Origin: Octopus sinensis
Taxonomy: Eukaryota
Assembly (NCBI RefSeq): GCF_006345805.1
Contig: NC_043008.1
Coordinates: forward strand, 47,554,001 to 47,618,000
Length of the DNA: 64,000 bases
Direction of reading: 5' to 3'
Of the stretch, positions 12,556 through 27,371 are shown piece after piece; the first letter of the stretch is position 1; each line of letters opens with the position of its first letter. Under the pieces are notes generated by a model. It did not search any database and was not told the DNA's origin. It worked only from the letters and a program-made list of their open reading frames with translations. A program made the position numbers and the translations under genes.

Positions 12556-12645
<90 letters not shown>

Positions 12646-12648
<3 letters not shown>

Positions 12649-12800
12649 GGGAGTGTTTACGAAAAAGAAAACAAAAGACGAAGACAGGTGGTGTACAAAA
12701 CAAACAGATGTATTAGTATAACGCTCAGGAATAGGAAAAGTCTTTTACGTTTCGAGCCTACGCTCTTCTAAAGAAAGGGACACATAAAAAAACAAGGAGA
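12646..12800 (-). mobile_element. Family B repeat (copy 2) with degenerate hammerhead-like motif at 12742-12777
   Basis: Reverse complement of 7144-7280; the core reads CTTTAGA here. Confidence 0.75.
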
Positions 12801-12910
12801 GAAAAAAAGGAGAGAGAAAAGGAGAGAAAAACAAAAAAGGAGAGAAAATTGAGAGAAAAAAGGTGTGTATATATATTTATATGTATGTATGTATGTATGT
12901 ATATAAAAAC

Positions 12911-13784
12911 ACGAGGGGTGTTGATTAAGCATTGCCCCTGACCCTCTTCACGTTATTGCAGGAAACGGAACTTGAAAAGGTACAATCATACTTGTCTCTA
13001 CATATCACATTGTAAATTGCAGCTTTCTACTCGTATTCATTTGTCTTTTACGGCTGCTGAAATGGGCAAAGGTGTTATAATGGAGGTAGTTGTATGCAGA
13101 TCAGTGATCAGGTTCTTATACTTGAAGAATCGTACACCAAAAGAGACCTTCAATGAGATGAAAGAAGCTTATGGTGACAATGCACCATCATACGACGAAA
13201 TCAACCACTGTCATCACCAGTTCAAATATGGTCGGACATCGGTTGAAACTTCTATTCCTTGATGGCCACATTGGTGACGACACCATCCATAAAGTGGAAG
13301 CTGCCCTCTGGAGGATCGCCCCATAACTACTCGATAACTAGCCCATGAAGTGAAGATAAGAGTAGGGTCCGTGGAAAGAAACATTCACGCCATCTACGTT
13401 GACCAGCTCCTTCCAGACAATGCCCTAGTTCACAATGTGCCTGTCGCCCAGATGAAAGCATAGTCCTGCAGCTATGAAATCTTTCCTCACCCCCTTACTC
13501 TCGTGACCTCTTACCATTTGACTTCCACCTCTTTCCAACCATGAAGTCTTTTTTGAAGGGGAAGAACTTTTCAGAAGATGATGACCTTATTTCCGAGGTA
13601 AAGTCTTAGCTCCAGACGCAACCTACCGACTTTTACAGATGAGGTCTTCACAGTTGCATAAAGCGATGGGAGAAGTGTGTCACCATTGGTGGTGGCCATG
13701 TAGAGAAGGACTTATAATTATGCCAAGTTTCGTTTATTCCAGTACTTCGGAAGTGAGTAAGAGGAAATCTTTAATGAACACCCT
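12911..13784 (+). mobile_element. Internally deleted, decayed mariner transposon
   Basis: TIR-like ends acgaggggtgttgattaag / ttaatgaacaccct. N-terminal HTH-like RSVIRFLYLK..PKETFNEMKEAYGDNAPSY; C-terminal PHPPYSRDLLPFDFHLFP..KRWEKCV..GGHVEK. Carries stops and a large deletion. Confidence 0.85.
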
Positions 13785-13821
13785 AAATCTTAATTCCTTA
13801 ATTCTTTAATTTGAAATTTGA

Positions 13822-13858
<37 letters not shown>

Positions 13859-15849
13859 ATACAGAGAGAGAGAAAGAGCACCATGTATATGCAAATACGT
13901 AATTGTCTATATATTTATAACAGTGTGTGTTTCAATGTAGGTTTGTCTAGAACATCTCACTGGAAATTGGGCGAATCCTGGCGAAGAATGGATGAGTATT
14001 GTGAGAGTTTGCAATATTGAATGGTACACCGTCGTTGTGGTGCTTTTCATGTTTCAAATTTACGTTCACCTAACTGATTAGATCTCTGATCAAAATGTTG
14101 TCCAACCGTGACCACCCTAATATTTTTTATACGTAAATGTATATTGACGGATACGTCCTTCCCTATTAGTTAATGTATTTTAGAGATGCTTTGCTGCTTC
14201 TAGCAGGTTAAGCGACCACTTAGAGACTTCCTCTTTGGTTCGCCCTCATTGAAATATAGTAATGAGAGGAACAGCAACTGGGCATCCGACACAGCTCCTA
14301 CAATTACATCTTCAATAGCTCTCCCACCAGTTTATTCTTAATGGCTACATTAACACTTTATCACTCCACTCATCGTTCTTATTTAATAGACGCACATTTC
14401 CCTACGATTTATAGAACATTAATGTACCACAAATTATTTGATTAATGGCCTGTAATATTTACACAACAAAAACATACTTGTTATAAATATCTCAGTAAAC
14501 TGACACGACACAATAGTCGTGTAGGTTATAGAAGTGCATCAATATAACATAATAGAGCTTGGTGAGAGATTGTTTTTTCTAAGTTCAGTAGAATTCTATT
14601 TCAGTTATTTTTTTTATTCATCAATTTATGAATGTAAATCATAGAGACACAAAACAGAAATGTACTTAATGGCGAATACCGGGAATGGTTGTTGTAATCT
14701 TCGCTATTGTTTTTTTTTTATTGTTAATAACTAAATAACACATAAGAACATTAAAATATTTAGTCCTTGTTGTTGTTGCAGCTATTGATGTTGCTGCTGC
14801 TGCTGCTGTTGTTGTTGTTCTTCTTCTTCTTCTTCTTTAGCCCTAGCTCGGCGTCGCAGCGGAGACTATCTGTCTTATTTCCAGGTGGTCGACTATCTTA
14901 TTGAACCTTTTTCAATGTATCTTAAAGATCGTAAGATGTTAGCGTTATATTTAGCTGTTATTTCTAACTGACTTGGTGACACCTTAATTATAAATTTTGA
15001 AAGCCCCTTTCCTTTCGAGTCGTAGTGTACCTGGGACCAAACATAAATATGTCAGTAGAATTGTGCACGGACATTCAATATATAATAAAACTGGATATTC
15101 ATATATTTTAAGACAGTGACTTTTAACTGAAACAGTAGCGCACCCTTGGAGACGAAGTAACCATTTCTTGGAGATGGTTACAAAACACTATACGGGCAGT
15201 AAATGGTAAGATGGATCGGTGAATGAGAAGCGCTGTATTCTAAGGGGATTCGTGATATTTCTTAGAAACACAGTATTTAAATCAGAAACAGCACATATTT
15301 TAAATATATTATCAAAAAAAAAAAAACTTTTGTCACGATTAAAATATTAATAGGACTTTATGTAATCAGAGCTCTGCCAAAATGTACTTATTGAAATTTG
15401 CTACTTGTCTTGAGAACTTTTACATACGGAATTCAGTTGAAGTTAAGGAATTATTTCTACAAGATATTTATAAAGTATTTGGTTTAAGCTACAAAAACCA
15501 CATCCCCACTTTTTGAAGGTAATAAATTTCCTAGACTTTCCTCCTTCATATACGGTAACGTATTCCTCAGTGCAACTGTTAGTCAAACAATGAAGGAGAT
15601 TTCAAAATACGTATAAGGGAAACCTTGAGGTCCTGTATGTCAAATACCAATCGTTATATTTTAAATGAGACAAAAATTGTCAATCATAAAACCATCATAG
15701 TTATTAAGTGTTTTTAATGTAGTGTTTCTTTTTGAATACCTTAAATTATTTAACCTTTGCTTTTGTTTTATCTATAAACAATTATTTGTTTGTTTTAACA
15801 CAAATAATAGGGAGGACCAAGGGTGGAAACTATGATGGGAGGGAGTGAG

Positions 15850-15948
15850 TCATCGACCCAAGTATATCGCTGCTACTTTATTTTATCGACCCGAAGAGGA
15901 TGATAAGCTAAGTTGACTTCAGCAGAATTTAAACTCAGAACATAAAAT
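15850..15948 (-). mobile_element. SINE family 3 fragment
   Basis: Reverse-complement similarity to 47261-47460 (ttctgagttcaaatt..., gataaaataagtacc..., tcgact). Confidence 0.55.
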
Positions 15949-15956
15949 GCCAGGTT

Positions 15957-16674
15957 CATGAGCAGCTGGTAAATCTTGGGTATACAAATTGCTACGATGT
16001 TTGGGTACCACATGAGTTGAGTGAGAAGAACCTTTTGGATCGCATTTCCATCTGTGAATCGCTTTGTAAACGGAATGAAAACGCGCCCTTTTTAAAGCAA
16101 ATTGTGACAGGTGATGAGAAATGGATTATCTACCGAAATGTTCAGAGAAAGCGATCCTGGTGTAAGCGACATGACTACCCTTAGCCACCCCAAAAGCGGG
16201 TCTTCACCTTAAAAAGTCTTGCTTTGTGTCTTAATTCTGAGAAATACTGCACACAACTGGACGAGGTAAAAGCAGGAATTCAAGAGAAACGTTCAGAATT
16301 GGCCAACAGGAAGGGTTTTGTTTTCCAACATGATAATGCAAGACCGCACGTTTCTTTTGGGAACCTGGCAAAAATTGCTGCAGCTCGGCTGTTACCCCAC
16401 CCTCCATATTCACCAGATATTGCTCCTTCGGATTTCCACTTATTCAGGTCTCTGCAGAATAGTCTTAATGGTAAAAATTTCAATTCTTTGAATGACGTAA
16501 AAAGGTACCTTGATGAATTCCTGGGAAGAGAGTATTTTCAAGTTAAAGTAAAGATGGAGACGCATTGTGCAACAAAATGGTTCATATTTGGTTGATCAAA
16601 AATGTAATGGCAAGTATTTATTGACCTTTTTCTTTCGTTTAAAAATCGGCACGAACTTTCCGGACAACCAAATA
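15957..16674 (+). mobile_element. 5'-truncated mariner transposon (DD34D transposase pseudogene + right TIR)
   Basis: WVPHEL, IVTGDEKW, FQHDNARPH and PYSPDIAPSDFHLF motifs. Frameshift/deletion near 16170-16230. TIR-like end cggcacgaactttccggacaaccaaata. Confidence 0.92.
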
Positions 16675-18323
16675 CATATTATTTCCATATCGGAATTTAT
16701 TCCTAATTTTATTTTTAAATGATTTACACATGCTATAAAATACAGGCTAATCACACTTTTGTCTTAGTTAGATATCCTTCAGTCCCTGGCCATAACTTAA
16801 TACATTGTCTCTTTGCTGTAATGTCGCCCATGATGAAATGCATTGGGGCCTACTTCATAACACGTATTCTTAGTAGTGTGCTACAAAATAAATATATTTG
16901 GGTCGTGTGTTGAATAATGCAGATACTCTCTGGCACGCAACAAAATTTCTACCATTACTATGCAAAGGAAATTATATTAGAATATTAGAATTCTTGTTTC
17001 ATGGGCAATATTTTCTTCATAATTGTTAGTGGTGCTAGTTAATTCTTAACGCTGCACCAATCGGTGAATGGCATCTGTTATGAAACATTAATCCCCATAT
17101 TTGATATTCTCTAGATCTAATATTTCCGTCTACAATTAAAGAATTATGGACACAATAATCAAATAATTTTAATGAGTTTATTCATATTGTTGTACGATTA
17201 TTCTTAATCAAATCCTTCCACGGAATCGGTAAATTGTAACCTTCATCGATTATCAGGTTTCTCCCCACTACTATTCTGTTGATTTAACGAAATAACGTTC
17301 TTAATAAAGATATCATTATTATGGAATTGGTTAGAATCAATCTGTATATCAAAGGATCTCTTTAAACGTGTGTATTGGAATCCAATCTGTACAAATATAC
17401 CGCTTCTCTGGTCAATAAGATATCTGCATAAACCAGTTAATCAGATTCAAATAATACACAAGCGCCTGCTATTATATGGAATCGAATAAACTCTCTGTAA
17501 TTTGCACAACTGTTTTATCTTATAAGTAAAGGATTTATTGTTCTACGTTGGTAATCGATCGAGAATAAACACATCTTGGAATTAAACAGTTAAATCAAAA
17601 ATAAATAGAACTACAGAAATATAAAATAATAAATGGTACGAAATCATTTCTTGTCTTGCTCTAAAATATATTGTATTTGTGCTAAAGCACCAGCAAACAC
17701 ATATTTGGGCCAAATTTAGTTTTCTTTCGCGAATCTGTACATAGGTACTTGCTTGTGTTACTTCGTTCCTGCTTTGTGTTCTATTATACAATTCCAACAG
17801 GTCCATCGGCCACATCATCTTCTTTACTACCACTATATATATCAAACGGCTATTTACATGCGTATGTGTATAAATACATACACACACATATGCATGTGTG
17901 TGTGTATGTGAGTGTGTGTGTGCGTGTGTGTCTGTGTGTCTGTGTGTCTGTGTGTGCGCCTGTTGTGTGTATGTTACTCAAGTATATGTATATATATATA
18001 TATGTTGTCAGTGAAACAAGGTAGTGGGAAATCAAGTATTCAGTCCACCAGAAGGATTGAAGCTGCCATTCAAATACTCATCATTGACACAGTGTGTCAC
18101 GCTGATTCTACCTGAGATGTTCATGAACGATACATATATCTGTGGAATACCCAGCCAATCAAATGATGATTCAATGAGCCTAGTTTTATAGAGGATCGAG
18201 CAGCTGAACACGCACGCTTGCAATTCCTGACCATGTATGTGTGTATGTCTGTGAGTGTCACTCAGTTAGTACATACATATGGGTATGTTCAACTTAGTCT
18301 GATCCCAGAGCATGGTCTTCATA

Positions 18324-18363
<40 letters not shown>

Positions 18364-18606
18364 GTTATATATATTATATATATCTATACACATATATATA
18401 TATATCTACAGAGAGAGAGAGAGAGAGAGACTAACGACAAACAGACAGAGAGAGAAAGAAAGAAAGAAAGAAAGAAGAAGAAGAAGAAGAACGGTGAAGA
18501 TCGAAGCAAATAATACTATAAATATAGAATGTTGGTTGAAAAGCCTTTACATGGAAAACGTTGAAGGTTATCGTTGAGTCTCGAACACATCCTTTTAACA
18601 TAACAG

Positions 18607-18702
<96 letters not shown>

Positions 18703-19119
18703 CGTGCATTTATACATTATTAAAATGTGTATAATTTAATAGTTATCTCCACAAATTTTACTTTACCTCATTTAATAATTCTGATCAAAGTGAGTTGATA
18801 TTTGATTTTGAATCAGATATTTAGAGTCCCTGGGATATTAGAAGTGAATCGCAAACATGGAGAAAGCCTGAATTATTCATCTAACGGAAACGACCGAACG
18901 AATACCATTTGGATTTGGACGATCTCTTCCATCAATTTGAGCGACGATAAAATCTCTGCAGAATGACATCGATCTTCTCTGCCTCGTATTTAAACACTCC
19001 CCATCTGACAATCAATGCCACCAGTTATGTCATAAGAAACGTTATGGAATCGACATAGAAACGCGTGTTGGATATTGCAACCATTGACAACAAAGTGACG
19101 ATGACTCCAGGGTATATAA

Positions 19120-19124
19120 TGATG

Positions 19125-19178
<54 letters not shown>

Positions 19179-19280
19179 TTGATAATAATAATGATGATGA
19201 TGATGACGATGAGGATGATGATGATGATGACGGCGGTGGAGTTGGTGGTGGTGATGATGATGATGATGATGATCTTGATA
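19120..19280. repeat. (ATA)n/(ATG)n compound trinucleotide microsatellite
   Basis: Directly visible. Confidence 0.9.
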
Positions 19281-20403
19281 GTATAAGATAAATAAGCGCA
19301 GATGTTTTGCAATTAGTACTACCTGCGTGCTATCACATCATTTCATTAAATTTACTTTGAGAAATACTCATTAAAGTCCGCTGCATCCACGGAATAACTC
19401 AAAAAGAAAATCTCACACGGGAACAACGACATGTTCCCACAGCGAAGTACTTCCAACAAGTTTTGCGAAAGAAACTACCTTCCAAGAAGACTTATATATT
19501 GCTGCTGAAACGCCACAAAATTTTGTTAGATTATTATTCGAAAAATATTTAGCTACTTTATTTTCGGATCTCATAAACTCAAGTCAGCATAAATTCCTTT
19601 GTTGGGCAGCCACCTCCCCAAGATCTGGTCCCAGACCATGTAATAGGCGAATTGATCCGGGGTGCCGGTGTATTATTGGTGGACGGCGCCACCCGTCAAG
19701 GAGGAGAGCTTCCCCGCCAGTAAGATCGGAGAGCGTAGCTGCAACGGAGGGGTTATCAGCCCCAAGATACCGGTATATTATAGTGGTCGGGGCCATTCAA
19801 TCCGAATCTACGCGCTCATCGGGATGCTCTGGTTTTTATAGTGAGCAGCACCACCGCCGATTTTCTGCAAGACTTCGAGCGACCGAGCGACCGAGCGAAG
19901 GAACAAGCAGGGCCCCGACTTTCGTGGATGAACCCATGCGACCAGGGGTAAATCCATCCGCCTACGGGATCGGCTGAAAACCCCTCGAAGTAAGGATCAT
20001 AACTTCGCCTAAAAGCCTCGTGTTTTGGAGTAGTCGATGCCACCTTGCACCAGATGATGCGCACTTGCCGGATCCATCTAACCATCCCTGAGTGCGGCTA
20101 TAATTGGTGTGGACGCAGTATTGGGCCCCTAACAGGGAATCGACGCATGGCCACACATTAACACACATACAATTGCGTACAACCGCGCGACCTCCAGCTT
20201 TTTTAGATGAACCACCCGTCCAGGGGGAACGCATTCGCGGTACTCTGTATCGACAGATGCCACGACAAAGACCTTACCTAAAAGCCTGGTGTATTCGGGT
20301 AGGATGCTGCCACCGGGGCCACCAGGTAGCTATACTGTCCCGGGGGGATCGACGCCGGTGCGGTTCCTCGGCAACAAGTTAGAGGCCGGCTCCTCTGGAC
20401 ATC

Positions 20404-20496
20404 TTTGTTGCTTATTTTGATTTTAATCATCTTACATTAAAATTGTATGGATAAAACCGTACTAAATTTTGGTGCCTAAACTTAAGTACCATATTC
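20404..20496 (+). mobile_element. Isolated 3' tail of PLE family A
   Basis: tttgttgcttattttgatt...ggtgcctaaacttaagtaccatattc matches ~12372-12463. Confidence 0.75.
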
Positions 20497-20506
20497 ATCT
20501 GGATCG

Positions 20507-20553
<47 letters not shown>

Positions 20554-20555
<2 letters not shown>

Positions 20556-22407
20556 CGGAAAATGTATGATTCTTTGAATTAAAGAGGCGCAGTGAAATAA
20601 AGCTATCACTTAAATGTTAGTACATAAATAACAGAGATCATGTGATTTTACTTGAAGAAATCACAACGTTTAAGTTAAGAATGTGTTGCGGTGTTAGGAA
20701 AAAATCATTAGGAATTGGTGACTCTTTAATTTGGTGTCAGTGTTAACAGACTGGTGAAGTCACTAAATCACTGATATGGTGAAATTCGTGTCGGGGCATG
20801 TCACGACTGATAAATACACGATAAGAGGCAATCGGTGCATATCGAATTGCGTTTGATAATGGAAGGAAAACACGGTTGATGAACTGGAAATATGAGGACA
20901 ATATATAAGACGAGCAGAAAGCGCCTGACTTCAACTTCTGGTAATTCTCTGCTTTTCGACAGAAAAAGACATATTGAATGAAGCTTAGACAATATAATTA
21001 CGTCATAAAATTTTAGACCCCAGGGAGTGAAAATGTCGAGTTACTCGTAAAAGTACTGTTGTAGTTGAAGATATGATTGCCGTTCATGACAAAGCTAAAT
21101 GTTTTCAACGCATAATTTGCCGTGAGAGAAATTAGAAATAAGTCACCAATTTAACCCGGAAGAAATAGCAACTACATAAATTCGAATAAATTGAGCTTTT
21201 GGCAAGAATTGTATATACTTAGATGTGTGCTAATGACTGATGCAGACCATGAATGTGTATATTGTGTGTGTCTGTGTGTGCGTATCTGTGTACGTGCGCG
21301 TATGTGTGTGCATTAATGAATGTGTGTTATATACATGTACTATTGAATGCGTTTATATGTATATATATATATATGTGCATACATATATGTGTGAATATAT
21401 GTATAAGTATATATATATAGATATGCATAAAGATATATATGTGTGAATAAATATATACATATATAATATATATATATATTATATATATATATATATATAT
21501 ATTAGCGGAAAATGTATGATTCTTTGAATTAAGAGGCGCAGTGAAATAAAGCTATCACTTAAATGTTAGTACATAAATAACAGAGATCATGTGATTTTAC
21601 TTGAAGAAATCACACGTTTAAGTTAAGAATGTGTTGCGGTGTTAGGAAAAAATCATTAGGAATTGGTGACTCTTTAATTTGGTGTCAGTGTTAACAGACT
21701 GGTGAAGTCACTAAATCACTGATATGGTGAAATTCGTGTCGGGGCATGTCACGACTGATAAATACACGATAAGAGGCAATCGGTGCATATCGAATTGCGT
21801 TTGATAATGGAAGGAAAACACGGTTGATGAACTGGAAATATGAGGACAATATATAAGACGAGCAGAAAGCGCCTGACTTCAACTTCTGGTAATTCTCTGC
21901 TTTTCGACAGAAAAAGACATATTGAATGAAGCTTAGACAATATAATTACGTCATAAAATTTTAGACCCCAGGGAGTGAAAATGTCGAGTTACTCGTAAAA
22001 GTACTGTTGTAGTTGAAGATATGATTGCCGTTCATGACAAAGCTAAATGTTTTCAACGCATAATTTGCCGTGAGAGAAATTAGAAATAAGTCACCAATTT
22101 AACCCGGAAGAAATAGCAACTACATAAATTCGAATAAATTGAGCTTTTGGCAAGAATTGTATATACTTAGATGTGTGCTAATGACTGATGCAGACCATGA
22201 ATGTGTATATTGTGTGTGTCTGTGTGTGCGTATCTGTGTACGTGCGCGTATGTGTGTGCATTAATGAATGTGTGTTTATATACATGTACTATTGAATGCG
22301 TTTATATGTATATATATATATATGTGCATACATATATGTGTGAATATATGTATAAGTATATATATATAGATATGCATAAAGATATATATGTGTGAATAAA
22401 TATATAC

Positions 22408-22410
<3 letters not shown>
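20554..22410. repeat. Near-identical ~950-bp tandem duplication bounded by (TA)n
   Basis: Units start at 20554 and 21504 (agcggaaaatgtatgattc...). The visible differences are mostly 1-bp indels. Confidence 0.95.
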
Positions 22411-22475
<65 letters not shown>

Positions 22476-22580
22476 CATGTATGTGTGTATGTGTATGTGT
22501 GTGTGCACATTATCTTCGAGCGAAATTAGACACCATCTAGTTTCCTTCAAAATACATGTAAGTCATTTGGCAATCTTTTC

Positions 22581-22617
<37 letters not shown>

Positions 22618-23569
22618 AACCAGCTTCGCCTCCGTGTTCACTTTATGTTTACTTATATTTCTAGTCCGAACCATTTTAATCAAAGGATATGTTTTCATAT
22701 TATATGGTAGGATAACATTGTCTTCATTTTACAAACCCTCACAAGTACACCGACAAAATATAGTCTGTTTGACATGTTTGTGAACAATTACTTAATATAA
22801 CATAGACACATCCCACTGTATAGCAGATAATAATCGGGATATTATTAACAGGCCCTGAATATACATGTTATCCATAGTTTGAGCTTCCGTTTCGTAAATT
22901 ATTGATCTAACATATACAATGGCTGCTTACAGTAGAACATATTCTTTGGTAAATGTCGTTAATCACCAACAGGGTATTACTTTCGGAAGTATGTCGATAT
23001 TACTTTCGCAACTTACCTAATATCTTACATTGTTTTGAAGAAATAGGATGCTACGAACAACAAGCGATATTTCTGGAGAATGGTTAGCGGGCGACCGTTA
23101 CGTCATTCACTAAATCGCTGTTACTTTAGACTATGGCAATTCCATTAGAGGACACCTGCCTTCTCTTCCCTTAAAAAGAGAGAATTCATAGCGAAATTAC
23201 AGAGTTGTTTTATTTTTAATGATTACTTAATTAATGGTTGATTTTATTTTTAAAGTTGATTAGTTAATTAGAATTCATAATTTTAAATGGTTGTTTACTT
23301 CCATTGAAAAGATGAAAAGCACATCGCCAAAAGAAATATTTTGTAAGGCGATTTGCAGTCTTGATCAACTTTTCTGTGCAATTTGTTTAGTCACTGTAAA
23401 AATAAACTCAGTAATTGACTAATCGTTTATATTAGGGTACTTTGAGGTTTAGTCCCGAACTGCACAGTCACTAACGTGGTTTGTTTTGATGGAAGTTTCT
23501 GACAGGACGACAGCAAAGCAGAGCAGCTATATGATGCTCATTAATAGGCCAAGCACACGCAGATACTCT

Positions 23570-23740
23570 CTCACACACACGCGCACACACACACACGCAC
23601 ACACACACACACACACGCACACACACACACACATATATACACACACTCAAACACACACAATGATATAGCTACATATATAAACACATACACACACACCCAA
23701 ATAGACAGACAGACAGAAAGACAGCCCGACATACGGACAT

Positions 23741-23804
<64 letters not shown>

Positions 23805-23834
23805 GTAGATAGATAGATAGATAGATAGATAGAC

Positions 23835-23922
<88 letters not shown>

Positions 23923-23943
23923 GGATAGATAGACAGATAGATG

Positions 23944-24026
<83 letters not shown>

Positions 24027-24045
24027 GGATAGATAGATAGGGCAA
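23570..24045. repeat. (CA)n + (GATA)n compound microsatellite
   Basis: Directly visible; source of the YLSI-repeat ORFs. Confidence 0.95.
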
Positions 24046-24127
24046 ATCAATAAACATTAACACGGACAACAGAGGTAGAGCAGTGTTTGGTAAGTATAGT
24101 ATTGGTTTAACGCTTTAAAGGAAAGAG

Positions 24128-24590
24128 ACAGCCATTACGCTTCGGACGTTGGTCGTTCATCAGCTGATGAGTGAAAAGAAAAGCATAGAGGGATTGAAAT
24201 TATTAAACAGAAAAGAAGTGAAGGAATATAAACCGAGGATGCTGTTTTCTGTGGGAGTTAGGAAGGAGGAGTATAGAAGTTGTCGAGACGCTGGTTTTGT
24301 GTATATGTGAGGGGGATGGTATTGTTGTGGTGCGCAAAAGATAGAGACTGTTGGGAGTCAGAATGGAGAAAGTAACGAGTTGACGGTCATTGGAGGAGAT
24401 GATTTATTGGTAGAAGAACATGCGGTGAGAGGATAGAGAATGAAGGAAAACGGGGTCCCGGCATAAGATTTGAATTACTGTGCTAATGAATACAACAAGC
24501 TGTCTTTTCAGCGACCTTCTCTACCCATGCATATAACTTGTGATATTCGGGAATTTCGTGGCTGCCTCCCACCGCCTTATTCCGTCTCTC
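24128..24590 (-). mobile_element. Degenerate PLE-like 3' end with decayed hammerhead-like motif (24128-24170)
   Basis: Minus strand ends CTGATGA-A-CGAC-caac-GTCC-GAAGC-GTA. The upstream pyrimidine-rich sequence resembles PLE endonuclease/3' UTR ends; no alignment was run. Confidence 0.45.
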
Positions 24591-24630
24591 ATTATACATA
24601 TGTACATACATACATACATACATACATACA

Positions 24631-24662
<32 letters not shown>

Positions 24663-24980
24663 CATACATACACACATACATACATATATACATACATACA
24701 TACACACATACATACATACATACATACATACATACATACATACATACATACATACATACATACAGTTGTACATATATACAGAAATATATTGCAGATAGAG
24801 CAATATGTATTGATGATGCATATATATATATATATGTGTGTGTGTGAGTGTGTGTGTGTGCGTGTATACATACATATATTTGTAAATATGCACACACATC
24901 CATTCATATATATGAATGCACACACACTCACATACATACAAATATGTGCGTGCATGTATATATATATATTATATATATAT

Positions 24981-25013
<33 letters not shown>

Positions 25014-25095
25014 GTATGTATATATAATATATATATATATATTATATATATATATACATATACATATACATATATATATACATATATATATTCAC
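24590..25095. repeat. (TACA)n/(TG)n/(TA)n compound microsatellite
   Basis: Directly visible. Confidence 0.95.
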
Positions 25096-25381
25096 TTTGT
25101 TTTGATTAATGACAAACTGACAGTTATAAGCGGAAGCACGATAAATAGCCTAAAACTAGTATTTCTGTAACTTTGCTCTTTTTCGAAAAACTGAGAGGCA
25201 TAAACAATACCTGTTGTTTTTTTTATTTCTTGACAAAAATAGATTCGTTTGAAACTTATTTAATAAAATGTTCTGTGTTGCAGTCTGAGTAGTTCTGTTT
25301 TCCTGATGCTTCATTGATATCTATGTATGTATGTATGTATGTATGTATGTATGTATGTATGTATGTATGTAGGTATGTAGG

Positions 25382-25440
<59 letters not shown>

Positions 25441-26243
25441 ATATATATTATATATATATATTTATATATATATATACGTACGTATGTATGTATATATGTA
25501 TGAATGTATGCATGTATTATGCACGTATGTATGTAGAGGTGTGTGTGTGGGGAGATCTCCATATATACTTGGAGAGAGAAAGAAAGACACACAAATAGAT
25601 TCACAGATAGATAGATAAAGAGATAGATAGACTGATATTTATGCTACATAACTTTATATTCATGCATATATATGTATTGCCAGAGGTATTTATGTCTAAT
25701 TCCTATCCTTCAATAACTAGACAAATCTCATTGACTATTTATGCGTGTGTGTGTGTGCATGCGCGTATATTTCGTGTGTGTATCTAAGAGCGTAATGAAT
25801 GTGTTTATATATGTGTAACACTTCCAAACAATATTTAAAAAACAATAACATTAGAGCTTCACGAATGCCATTTCCATTGCACTGCTACTCACGCAATCAC
25901 AATCAATTGCCGGTTTTTAGCTGCTGGCACGGCAGAGCATCCATTTGCATAGATTTATGTATTATGTCAGACTGTCATGTGTCTGTCAAAGCAAAATATA
26001 TTCATGATCAAGGAGAGATAGTAATATTTTTTTCAAAGTAATGTGCAAACATTGCCAAATAAAGGCAGACAGCACATGATGCAGACAATCGTTGCAGCCG
26101 TCTGTAATAATGATGAAATCACAATATATGGCGAATTGACTGCGAATTTAAGAATAGGAATTAGACAGAAATACCTCTGCTCATATATCTCCATCTGTGT
26201 GATCTATTGATCTACCCATCCATCTATCTATCTATCTATTTCA

Positions 26244-26320
<77 letters not shown>

Positions 26321-26390
26321 ACAATACACTTGGCATCCTATCTTTTCATTGTTTCTATACTTCTCTCAAACTTTACACCCACACACACAC

Positions 26391-26430
<40 letters not shown>

Positions 26431-26515
26431 GAATATATACAGATATAAATGTAGATAGATAGCTATATACATACGTACATATATAAACTTGTATATTATA
26501 TGTGTATAGATATAC

Positions 26516-26550
<35 letters not shown>

Positions 26551-27008
26551 GTATGTATGTATGTATGTATGTATGTATGTATGTATGTATGTATGTATGT
26601 ATGTGTGTGTATGTATGTATGTATACTAATGATAAAGGTGTATAAAAATGAAAATCAATCAGAAGAGCAGAAATAAAATATTTGCGGATGCTAATGGAAA
26701 TTCATGAAATGTTTGGAGGGGGAAAACGGAATGCAATCGTGTATAAATGTATTAGATTAACTGACGTAAATAGGAGCATCGGATAAAATAAGAGATTATC
26801 GAAAGTAGTGGAGAAGCATAAGAGTAAGGCGCAGACGAAAATAGACCACGTCTGAGTTAATAACGAAAATATATTTACAGAACAGAAAATTTAATAATAT
26901 GAAAGGCCAAAGCTATACTGCAGCTTCTTGGTTTTATGCTAATATGTTGACATCTTGAGAAATATAATAGCAAAACAGCTCACCTAATCATATATACATA
27001 CACACGTA

Positions 27009-27039
<31 letters not shown>

Positions 27040-27299
27040 ATACATATACATATCGTTGCTATAATTCAAAAGTGTCGTAAGTCCAAAACGTTTCACCATT
27101 CCATAGCAAAAACGTTGTACTTCTTTTGATATGTTGGTACTGAAGCAGCTGGAGATGCGACAGTTTGACCAAAAAAACCGACTATTGCAAACAAAAATAA
27201 ATATTGAAAAAAAAAAAACGCATTTATAGAAGAGAGAAACAGACAGTGAGCGGGTGGGAGGAAGAGAGATGCTGAAGTCCATATGTCCATGTAATATAC

Positions 27300-27371
<72 letters not shown>

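Noticed and set aside
19590-20400. Twister, HDV-like or hammerhead ribozyme assignment for the GC island repeats; rRNA fragment
   Set aside because: CCTAAAAGCC and GATGAAC only superficially resemble those cores, required helices were not found, and no rRNA signature was recognised.
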